From NCBI GenBank assembly GCA_964016885.1, contig OZ024746.1, positions 44,578,001 through 44,642,000 on the forward strand: a stretch of 64,000 bases of DNA, given 5' to 3'. Every line of letters starts with the position of its first letter. The stretch's first letter is position 1. This DNA comes from Eledone cirrhosa. Lineage: Eukaryota. This document shows positions 49,739 through 64,000 of the stretch, one piece after another. Below the pieces are notes generated by a model, which saw only the letters and a program-made list of their open reading frames with translations, was not told the DNA's origin and did no database searches. The position numbers and the translations under genes were made by a program.

Positions 49739-52700
49739 ATATAAAGCAAACGATATACACCCTAAATCGTTTTCCTTCTTGAAATAATTATCCTTTATAA
49801 AGTAGCATTTTAAGCGTAACAAATGGTAACGTGGCTATGTTGGGAACATTGACTTTAAGCTAAACGCTGTTTCTGAGCACTTTGTATTGAAGTGTGCCGG
49901 CTAAATGTAAAGCTGGTTACGTTAAATATAAACTTGGACGAAAATTTGAATGCATTTTAAATGTAAAGTATAAATTATACATCATATTAGAACATTAACT
50001 ATGTTCAAATCTTTATGGCCAAATATTAGTTTACCCTATGAGTGCAATATTATTAAATATTTAGAGTGAACACAATTGACGTCATTTTTTGCTTATTATG
50101 CGGAAAGCATCACGCCAAAAAATGCAACACAATCATTTATATATAGAGTCGAAAGCAGCCTCTTGAAATATACCATCAAATTACAAAGGTTTATGTATTC
50201 TAGATTAAAAAGTAGAGAAACGCTTTAGTAGTTTTAATTAAAAAGGCAGGAAAAATTTAGAATAACCGTTGTTAAACATGGAGACAGCTTTTCATCTATT
50301 AACCCATGGAAACCTTTAAATAAAACAACTTTTAATGATTTATAATTTAAAAGTAACAACAAATAAATATTCATATATTCTTACATATGTCAAATTCGAG
50401 CTCATTATATAAAAAGAAAGAGAGAGGCTCTGATATTTTTTATGAACTTGTAAGTAGAGGAAACTTGTCGAAGGATATTTTTATACAATTCACGATGTGT
50501 TGTTCTAAACCAATAAAATGTTGATGTCTTTAATCCAATATAGGTTTTATTAAAAGAAACACATTTCCAGAAAATAAATAAAATAAATGCATTTATCTTT
50601 TTTTTTTTTTTTTTGAATTTGTCGAAAATTAATTTGGTTTACTGAGAATCCTATTAGAATAGAAAAACATATTAAAATGACATTACTGAATTTTGCATGA
50701 TTTCCTGTAAACTTAAAATAAAAAGTTTACTGATACAAAACATCAAAATCTAAATTAATAGAAGTATGAAAAATAGCATTTTGAATTGAAGAAATACTAA
50801 CATATTTGTATAAACACTTTCTGCTTAGAAAATATAACTGAGCAGTGTCTTGTGTATGCATGTATATATGTATGTAGTAGATAAGGATAATAGCAAGTAC
50901 ACAGCGAGGAAATGTTGGTTGTCATGCCCCAATACATTCCCGTTCTTCTGCTCTACCTCTCCGACGTGAAGAACCCCAATCCTATGCCACCTCGTGGTTC
51001 CAGCCAACAGAAGGAAGAAAGCATTACTCCGGAGGATAGCGATGTATATGCGTTGAAGTAGTCATTGACAGGGCTCACTCATGTGGGTGGCCGACTCTGC
51101 TCTGTAGTTAGGATGTTGTGTTCACAATTGTAAGTTCATGGGTGTGATCGCTAGAGGTGGTGCGTTGTGTGCTTTATTTCATTTTGCTCCAATTTAGTCA
51201 GCTAGAAAACATATGTATCAATGTTTGCCTTCCCTGATTATAATATCAGTGACGAGGAGAAAGGAAATTTGCATTCATAGGTATGGATAGCTGCTTGTCT
51301 TTCACGAAACATTATGCCTTAGGTTGCGTTTTCTTCAGGAGATTACCAGGTGAAATCCCATGCACCACCCTGTCCAAAACGAATCATATTATTATAAATA
51401 ACAGTATATTTACCTTTCCAACAGTCAATTCGATAATATCCATCCATACATTGGGGTTGAATCTGTTGACTAATATGTATCAAAGTCAATACATCATTAT
51501 TTCAATAAAATGTAAAATTGATGTTCTAATCGAATTCCCACATACTGTTTGAACAATTATTTTATTTCAATAATGTCACTAGATAAAGTATGAATATCGC
51601 AACTTCACATTTAGGACTCTTATATTTCAAATTTACTTCTCATATCAGTTCATGTTATGGCATTCGGTATAAATTTATTTTGGAAACTGAAATAATGGCG
51701 GATTCAAGTGATTTGATTGCCAACCACCTCATTTAACAGAATTTTACACGAATCGTTTTATTCCTTTTCGACTATATAATCTCTTTCCCTATAGGTTTAT
51801 GCATGTGTAACTGTATCTAAGAAATGTGTGTCATATTTCCTTTCGTTTTATACATTACTACAATACCTGAATATCCCTAAACATAAAGAAACTTTTGTTT
51901 TAATTCTCCGTCGTGCTATTTTTGCCAAATAGGAAAAAAGCCGTCTGTGATGCATTGTTAAACATATTTTATCTTTCCCACGTCTAATCATCGTATTTCT
52001 TTTTCTATTCTTTATTGCCACCACTTAAGGAAATATTCGAGTAATGTTTACTGTTTCTTCATCTTTGGAAACATTCTATCAATATGAATTTTAGTATTGA
52101 AGTTTCTTTGGTTTGAGCACATTCTATTTAATAGCAATAGTATAAATTAATTTAATTATCATTTCTTTCAAAGATTTTTTGTAATGAAAATTAATAGATA
52201 GTATTGATGGATCCTCATATAGTTCTAACTTCTATTACATACGAAGTAGATGGAGAACTCTCCTGGGGAAAATGCGCTTAAATATACAAAAAGCAAATTA
52301 AGTTTACAAGACCTGTGTCGTAACTACTTACATATGCTCAATTTAACCTAGATATCTTCTTTAGAAATTATATGAAATTACTCCCAGTTTCATTTATTAA
52401 TTTTGTAATGTTTTTGTTGTCTTAAAGGAAATGTTGATATACTTTTCCCGATCACTTCTAGATAGAATTATTGACGCAGAAGTAGCAGACATAATAATAA
52501 TGATAGAAGGAAAAGAGTGAGGAGACGGTAAATCTTAGGGTTGGTGTATTTTAGCCGAAGAGAAATTCCAATCAGTCTGATTGTTTCTTTTGGGTATAAT
52601 GTAATTTAATATTCAGATCATACGTGATATTTCTAATGACTAGGTTTAGATAGAAGTTGTTGCTTGAAATAGCGTTGGGAAATGAAGGGCTTTACTTGTA

Positions 52701-52953
52701 TCAAAGATGACATGATACTTGATTTTCTTCTGGAGAATTATGTCCCCATGTACAAGAATGCGGTGTGAACTCGGTATTTAGTTTAAGTGAACATGACACA
52801 TATTTTTGCAAATCGTTAGGAGTAGTGGAGCGACGTGTGTCTCTATAGGAATAATGCTTCTTGTAAGCGAAGGAATGTAAGTGACGAAGTTACATGGAGT
52901 GAGACTTGACTAACATACACGAGCATTTATACACATACGCGCGCGCGCAGCCA

Positions 52954-53028
<75 letters not shown>

Positions 53029-53035
53029 TACATGG

Positions 53036-53079
<44 letters not shown>

Positions 53080-53085
<6 letters not shown>

Positions 53086-53301
53086 ATACTTGGGGAGGGT
53101 CATATTGTTGTAATAATATGGCCAGAAATAATAACAGAACACCTTCACTGTTTGGTTGGTTGGTTTTCGCTTCTATATCTTTTATATCCTCATATGAAAG
53201 ATATAGAAGCAAAAACCAACCAACTAAACAGTGAGGGTGTTCTGTTATTATTTCTGGCAATATTATTACAACAATATGACCCTCCCAAAGTATAACAATA
53301 T
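53080..53301. repeat. ~220 bp near-perfect palindrome abutting (TA)n
   Basis: ATTGTTATACTTGGGGAGGGTCATATTGTTG... pairs with ...CAACAATATGACCCTCCCAAAGTATAACAAT; centre ~53190. Confidence 0.9.
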
Positions 53302-53348
53302 TTGTTTCGACACACGATTTCATATAAAAAAACTCGCAAAATAAAAAC

Positions 53349-53471
<123 letters not shown>

Positions 53472-53566
53472 CGAAACCGCCGGTGGTCGGGACTAGAGGA
53501 ATTTTGGAAAAGTTTATGTGCATTTATTCTTCAAACTTCTATTTTGTACCTAACTCCGGGAAGTTA

Positions 53567-53790
53567 ATTATCTGTCTAGTCAATTTCTACGGGCTAAAAG
53601 AAATAATTTAGATAAATGTCATATGACTGTACATCGCGGAAGATAGACTGTATCATTTGTCTATTATTTCTTGATAATTACATTTTAAACTTACAGCCTC
53701 GTTTAAATCATTTTGTATGTGGTTGATTTATACGGGAGATAGGAGAGGAAATATTGTATATACCTTATCTAATAGTTCTTCAGACTTGCA

Positions 53791-53793
<3 letters not shown>
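53567..53793 (-). repeat. Dispersed repeat, inverted copy of 58133-58360
   Basis: GTCTGAAGAACTATTAGATAAG...GCCCGTAGAAATTGAC is shared. Both copies start at a (TA)n run. Confidence 0.85.
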
Positions 53794-53844
<51 letters not shown>

Positions 53845-53975
53845 CAGAAACATCCACTGTTAGTTGTGGCGACTAGTCTGCATGAAGAACTCAATGTAAT
53901 CCATATGTTAAAAATGTTGTAGGTTAAAGTAAATCCCGGAAAACAATAAAACATCAAAAGGAAAACAGAGTCACG

Positions 53976-54232
53976 ATTTAAGTTAAAACAATGTCTTTAG
54001 GAATATACTTCACTGCTTTACGATCGTTTCTATGTGATAATAATACATCGTACGCATATTTCGTTATCGATCTATGTAAGGTTAGTTACAAAATATCAAT
54101 TAAGGAATATATTTACCTCACATGTATATCGTCAGCCGTGGTCAGGGAAATATGCGTACCTAGAAACGATCGTAAAGCTGTGAAGTATATTCCTAATGAC
54201 TTGAACTTTTATTTCATTGTTTTAACTTAAAT
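53976..54232. repeat. Imperfect inverted repeat
   Basis: TAGGAATATACTTCACTGCTTTACGATCGTTTCTA / TAGAAACGATCGTAAAGCTGTGAAGTATATTCCTA, with outer ATTTAAGTTAAAACAATG / CATTGTTTTAACTTAAAT. Confidence 0.8.
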
Positions 54233-54257
54233 ATATATATATATATATAATTTGAAA

Positions 54258-54409
54258 ATAGAAAAGTTTTCACCGTATTTTTGACTAATGGAAAAAGACG
54301 AGTATTGACGTACGTCAATACTCATCTTTTTCCATTTATCTCAGGGTTCTAGACCCCATTATCAGGCTAACATTCCTTTAGTCAAAAATACGGTGAAAGC
54401 TATTCTATT
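54258..54409. repeat. Nested hairpin
   Basis: Outer TTCACCGTATTTTTGACTAA / TTAGTCAAAAATACGGTGAA. Inner ~48 nt palindrome centred on GACGTACGTC. Confidence 0.85.
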
Positions 54410-54467
54410 GTCTAATTTAAACCTGCTCACTGTTTCAAAACATACTTACTGTATATATATATACTTA

Positions 54468-54532
<65 letters not shown>

Positions 54533-54534
<2 letters not shown>

Positions 54535-56680
54535 GTAATAATAATAAATTTGAAGACTAAAATCCAAAGAGGGCTCGATAAGGATAAATATATATCAAAT
54601 ATATAAGAACCGTAGAGCAAATATTTATTAAAATAACAGATTAAAGTTTAAGCAAAGAATCGCTGCTTTTACCCTTAACGGGATCTTCTGAAACTAACAA
54701 AGTCAATCTGTAAACGCAGAAGTGGATATTTCAAAAAACGTTGCAACCGGAGCAAGACAGGAAGTATACTTTGGTCCGTGGAAACGTTCCCTGGCAAAGA
54801 ACGGGAAAAACGAATAAAATACGTCATTAATAGGAGCGGTGAAAAACAATTACGCGCAAAGACAGAACCACGTTTATGGTATAAAAGAGATCGTAGACTA
54901 ATGTTCTCTTAGGTGGTTCATAGAGACATTCTCAGGCAATGAACGAAAAAAATTAAGATAATACGTCATATGTGGAGCGTGGAGAACAATTGCACGCAAA
55001 GAAAACACCACGTAAATGGTATAGCAGAAGTCGTAGACTAAAATTCTAACTAGGAGACCGAATGAATCTCCGCTTCAGAGTTAAGAACAAAGTATTATTT
55101 ACATAGGTAAGTATATATTACCTGTATGTTTTGTGAAGGTACGTATACCTTCTCGTACGTATATTTGATTGCATATGTTAAGGCGTATAATTTTATATAA
55201 TCTGGTACAACGAGCGTATTTTCAACGACCATTCCACTTATTACAATGAAGCTCTTGCTCGAAGTGGATTTGTCGATAAAGTAGCATATACAGAGTACGA
55301 AAATAGACCTAGAAGAAATAGATCCCGTCGCATTTGTTGGTATAACCCACCATATAATATGGAGGTAGCCACACCATTAGCTAAGATCTTTCTTTCCCTT
55401 ATTACGAAGCCTTTTCCCCCTACACATAAATATAGTAGAATTTTTAATAGAAATACTATTAAAATTTCTTACTCTACGACTCCTAACCTTGCACATAACA
55501 TCACAGCTTCAAATTTAGCTAAACTACCTAGCCGTAGGAACGTGCAACCCTCTAGTTAGTACTAACTGTAATTGTAGAAATCGGGTTGATTGCCCCCTAT
55601 CCGGGAAATGCCTCTCTAGTAACATTGTCTACAAAGGTAAGGTTGTAACACCTACGTCCCGTAGGGCCTACATAGGGTTAACCGCCAATAGATTCAAGCA
55701 GCGTCTTTACATGCATACCCATTCCTTTCGTTACCCTCTAAGAAGGAATATGACGTCACTTTCAGCTTATATCTGGAGTCTAAAAGACAACCACACCTAA
55801 TATAAGTTACACTGGGAGATCCTAGCTAGGGCTAGATCGTATAACGGAAATAAAAGACCATGTGACCTCTGCGCCGTTGAGGCCCTGGAAATACTCTACG
55901 CCACAGACCACATCTTAAACAAAAAATCTGAGGCAACTTCGGCTTGTAAACATAAATTGCACAAAACTTTCCTGTATTACAGCCCCACGTTATACCCTAA
56001 CGGATAGTACGATCTATACGTGGATATTTTACGTCTTGATGTGGGAGCTAAGTATATGTTTTGTTTATACCATTACTTATTTGCATAGGTAAGTATATAT
56101 TACCCGTATGTTTTGTGAAGGTAAGTATACCTTCTCGTACGTATATCTGATTGTTTATGTTATGGCGTATAATTTTTATATATTCTGGTACATATGGTTT
56201 GGCTATGTGTATACGGGAGTTTTGCGTCTGTGTGAGTATGCAGGTTCGTACGTATGTAGGGTGTGTGTATATGTGTACTTCAAGTTTTGGTTGACTTACG
56301 TCTCCGAACATTCGTGTATTTACTCGTAGATATGTGTGTGCGCTTGTTATATACGTATTTATTTATTTATATACGTTTATATAATTATTTATTTATTTGT
56401 ATACACGCATACTCACACACACATATTTATATGTGCGTGGTTTTCTATACCTATGGTAAGTGTTTTGCGTATGCTTGTGTATGTACGTATTTTTTTGCGT
56501 GTATGTATCTATTTATTTCTATTACTTCTGTAATGTATATATTTACTTTGTTCTTAACTCTGTAGCGGAGACTCATTTGGTCTCCTAGTTAGAATTTTAG
56601 TCTACGACTTCTTTTATACCATAAACGTGGTTCTGTCTTTGCGCGTAATTGTTTTTCTCCGCTCCTATTAAGGACGTATT
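54533..56680 (+). mobile_element. 5'-truncated Penelope-like element with inverted and direct pseudo-LTR pieces
   Basis: GIY-YIG remnant ~55210-56007 (NCNCRNRVDCPLSGKC..IVY..YIGLT..FKQR). 54533-55093 is an inverted copy of the family 3' tail. 55094-55209 duplicates ~56080-56190. (TA)n at both ends. Confidence 0.88.
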
Positions 56681-56689
56681 ATATATAAT

Positions 56690-56842
<153 letters not shown>

Positions 56843-56900
56843 TATAGTTAAAGAAAGAAGAGTAACATGGTTGGCTGTACAATAAGGACTTTAATTAAAT

Positions 56901-57009
56901 TACTGACAATTGTTTCGTTGATGAGGTGCGTCAAGAGTTCGCTATTCGCTTGAGTTTGCGTCAATCGATCTCCAATACATTGTTTATCATTGGTCAACAC
57001 ATCAGAGTA
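56901..57009 (-). ncRNA. Candidate type I hammerhead ribozyme (A9U core)
   Basis: TACT-CTGATGT-GTTGA..~75 nt..TCAAC-GAAAC-AATT-GTC-AGTA. Stems I and II pair; stem III is the palindrome ACAATTGT. Confidence 0.7.
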
Positions 57010-57808
57010 TGTATATATGAAAATAATTCACTCGAGGCAAGACTTATATAGAAAAACAGCGTAAAACCAAAACAATAATATCAATAATAAAATACCATAT
57101 AATTAAAACAATAACATCAATAATAAGACATTTATGGTAAATAGATAGATAAGTTACATATGTAAAAAGTAAAAAGTAAAATATAAGATAAGGTACATTA
57201 TAAAATAATAAGAAAATGAGGAAATGGAAAATATAAAGAAATAAATGAGTGAGAGTGTAAGTAGATGTTAGTAGTTTTTGAGTCAGTGTCCTTATAAGGA
57301 TTCGTTGGTGCTAACATGAGAAACTAGATTTGAGATGTAGATAAACATGTGTAGAGGGTCCGATAAAAGAAAAGACAATAAATTAGAGATTAATTGATGT
57401 ATACATGTATTATATTTATGGGCTAGGGATGACGGAACGTTTGATAAACGCTTGTTGTAAATGTTGTGCTGATTGTTCTATCTTAATGGGATTGATGGAG
57501 AGAGGGCGGAAGAAGTGTACAGAGATTTATGATTTAATTAATCTCTAATTTATTGTCTTTTCTTTTATCGGACCGTCTACACATATTTAGCTACATCTCA
57601 AATCTAGTTTCTTATGTTAGCACAACCGATCTTATATTTTAAATTTTACTTTTTACATATGTAACTTCCCTATCTATTTACCATAAATGTCTTATTATTG
57701 ATGTTATTGTTTTAATTATACGCTATTTTATTATTGATATTATTGTTTTGGTTTTACGGTGTTTTTCTATATAAATCTAACCTCGAGTGAATTATTTTCA
57801 TATATACA

Positions 57809-57917
57809 TACTCTGATGTATTGACCAATGGTAAACAATGTATTGGAGATCGATTGACGCAACCTCAAGCGATTAGCGAACTCTAGACGCACCTGATCAA
57901 CGAAACAATTGTCAGTA
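57809..57917 (+). ncRNA. Candidate type I hammerhead ribozyme, second copy
   Basis: TACT-CTGATGT-ATTGA...TCAAC-GAAAC-AATT-GTC-AGTA. First stem II pair is mutated. Confidence 0.6.
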
Positions 57918-58436
57918 CTTTAAATAAAGCCCTTATTGTACAGCCAACCATGTTACTCTTCTTTCTTTAACTATTATTACACCAAGTATAACCTGCATAG
58001 AAATTACCGGGATCTCGCTGCATAACTATGGAAACATCTTGTTGAGTCAAACAAAGCCGTACGTTAAACTATCCACGACGCGGAGTACTCATAACCTCTA
58101 ACTGAATTACGTATAACGATATATATATATATAAAATTGCCAGTCTGAAGAACTATTAGATAAGATATATACAATATTTCCTCTCCTATTCCGTATAAAT
58201 CAACCACATGAAATATCATTTAAACGTGGCTATAAGTTTAAAATGTAATTATGAAGAAATAATAGACATATGATACAGACTATCTTCCGCGATGTACAGT
58301 CATAAGACATGTATCTAATTATTTCTTTTAGCCCGTAGAAATTGACGAGACAGATAATTACCTAGATAATTAACTGGACAGATAATAAAGGTATATACAT
58401 ATATATGCATATATATATACATATATATATATATAT

Positions 58437-61232
<2,796 letters not shown>

Positions 61233-61277
61233 ACTCTCTCTCTATATATATATATGTGTATATACACATATATGCAT

Positions 61278-61328
<51 letters not shown>

Positions 61329-61352
61329 GTTATGTATAATATATATATATAT

Positions 61353-61541
61353 ATAGGAACGAGTAGGACCCCAACGGCTGAGCTACAGCCGTTTTAATTC
61401 GGTGTCCAAAATTAGCCGTCGAAACGGCTTGAGCTCAGCCGTCGGGGTCCTACTCGTTCCTATTATCCACTCTACTACCATAAGTATTGAGTACTTTTGG
61501 TGTGTTATGGTCCACCTGGCTCCTTACCACATATCCTTTGT

Positions 61542-61545
<4 letters not shown>
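61353..61545. repeat. Hairpin element related to 49395-49654
   Basis: ATAGGAACGAGTAGGACCCCAACGGCTGAGCT / AGCTCAGCCGTCGGGGTCCTACTCGTTCCTAT, tail GTTATGGTCCACCTGG..TTTGTTATA, in (TA)n. Confidence 0.8.
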
Positions 61546-61591
<46 letters not shown>

Positions 61592-61740
61592 CATAAATAT
61601 ATATATGTAAAAGTTCTATTTAAATTGTTGGGATACAACAAGCAAATATTTTTATAACTGATATAAAGCACTCAACAAATATTTGGAGTAAAAATACGAT
61701 ATTAATAGTGATTATTCCAACATTCGTGACAGATAGACAT

Positions 61741-61925
61741 ATAATTGTTTCTACTTTAGGCCCAAGGCCAGCAATTACCCAGTGCATTACTGGTACTTTA
61801 TTTTATCGACCCCGTAAGGATGAAAGGCAAAGTCAACCTCGGCGAGATTTGAACTCAGATCGTAAAGGGACGTAACTATGCTGGAAAGCATGGCGTCCGA
61901 CACTCTACCGATACTGCCAATCCAC
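61741..61925 (-). mobile_element. tRNA-derived SINE, near full length
   Basis: Reverse complement of the 33146-33336 family (GTGGATTGGCAGTATCGGTAGAG...GTAGAAACAATTAT). Confidence 0.9.
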
Positions 61926-62790
61926 TAACAGCCATAAATACATAACAGTCAATCATAAAACTTATATAAAAAAAATTTTGTTTAATAACATAAAGTTGTG
62001 TATAATATAAAATTTCCTTTAATATCTTAACAATTATAACATTGTTAAGATTCCTATATCTTAAATTAAATTAAAGAATCCTTTATGCTTTGTGTGTATA
62101 TATTATATACGTAGTTAGATATGTTATGTATTTTATAAGTGTGTATATATATATTTATATGTATTTTTGCGTGTGTATACGTGTTATATGATATGTAGTT
62201 CTCTAGTAATATATGGGTTTCTTAATGTATAGATCCCAATTTTTATTATATTGATCTCAATTTTTAAATGATTAACTAAACATCTAATCATATTTAAACA
62301 ATGGTTAATTTCTCACATTATATATGTATATTCCATTCATGATTATTAACATTTCTAATTTTATTTATTCATTTCATCTCAATTGTTAAGTTAACTCAAC
62401 AAGATATGACTCAGAGTTTTCGGTCTCTCCCCTTCTCTCTGTCTCCTCTCTCTCTATATATATCTTTCTCTCTCTGTTGTTTTGGTCTCTCTCTCTCTCT
62501 CTTTTCTCTCTCTATCTCTCTTTATCTTTTTCTTTCTCTGTAACCCAACGGCTTATTTTATAAATAAAAATATCCAATACTAATAATAATATAATTAAAC
62601 AACTCCACTATCCTGGAGCTTCCAACAGTAATAGTTGCATTTTTTAAGGGTATGTCAATATTTATTTATAAAACTGATCTATATTATATTTTGTCTAATG
62701 AAAGCACACCATGATTTAACTTGGTGTCCTTGAAATATGTATAATGAAATAAATATGGTTTTATAAATATAGTTTCCATTTGTTAATATC

Positions 62791-62869
<79 letters not shown>

Positions 62870-63314
62870 GTGTGTGAAAAAATGGGGAGAAGAATACTGC
62901 ATGGTTGCACATGGATAACATGTTATAAAATGAGTCCCTCATCAGTGATTTACCAACGGTCACAGGTATTTCATTGCATTAAAAATCATATACCTCACGT
63001 TGGCGCAATAATAACTAAAATAAGTTACTAGGACAATTAAAACGCGTAAAGCGAGTGAGACAAGTAAACAACACAGAGGAAAGCTAACCAAAGATAGGGA
63101 AGACACAAGCTACATAGTTATTCTATCAGTATAAGGTGGGTGAATATATGAGCGAGTAGAAAATAGACCTTTCGAGATGAATCCAATGTAAGAAAGAAGG
63201 AAAATCGTTAACATCGCGAACGGGGTGAAGTGAGAAGGGGAGAAACAGTGAGTGAGTGAGTAGAAGTGTGAGGAAGAGGTCAGTAGAGAGAAAGTGTTAA
63301 CTGACATGACATAC

Positions 63315-63385
<71 letters not shown>

Positions 63386-63513
63386 CGTTAGTCGGTGGTA
63401 ATTTGGTATAGCTGCGGCTCATCAAATGTTTATTTTATACATACCATATTTCTTTTGAAATACGAAATTCCACTACATATCTGTATACAACTGTTACTGA
63501 AGCTAAATTGTAA

Positions 63514-64000
<487 letters not shown>

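Larger units (their letters stand above)
56845..58119. mobile_element. Foldback Penelope-like terminal fragment (inverted pLTR pair)
   Basis: 56845-57395 is inverted against 57535-57973, with a deletion in the right arm. Each arm has a hammerhead-like motif. Flanked by (TA)n. Confidence 0.75.

Noticed and set aside
50830-52900. Possible ancient minus-strand LINE RT remnant
   Set aside because: Only faint motif-like traces near 52200-52300; too degraded to call without a profile search.
56551-56594. Hairpin AACT-CTG(T/A)AGC-GGAGAC..GTCTCC-TAGTT in the PLE tail as a hammerhead
   Set aside because: Lacks the GAAA and stem III elements; only a simple stem-loop.

Overview
Eukaryotic, AT-rich, repeat-dominated DNA with no recognisable host gene. 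The SINE family and microsatellite load suggest a mollusc, probably an octopus (inference). There are three zones. (1) 1-6.6 kb is decayed AT-rich sequence. (2) 6.6-46.2 kb is a contiguous ~40 kb stack of about 12 non-LTR retrotransposons or fragments, mostly joined by short (TTA)n tracts. R4/Dong-type elements (RT + restriction-like endonuclease, three families) all lie on the minus strand. Tx1/L1-type elements (ORF1 + APE-RT) all lie on the plus strand. tRNA-derived SINEs and orphan 5' leaders are also present. (3) 47.6-64 kb is a (TA)n/(CA)n-rich zone with Penelope-like elements (YRDD RT, CxCx5C linker, C-terminal GIY-YIG; Hydra-clade-like) and many foldback units, several carrying hammerhead-like motifs with non-canonical cores. 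All retroelement ORFs are disrupted. Coordinates were read by eye and may be off by a few bases; no alignment, folding or database search was run.
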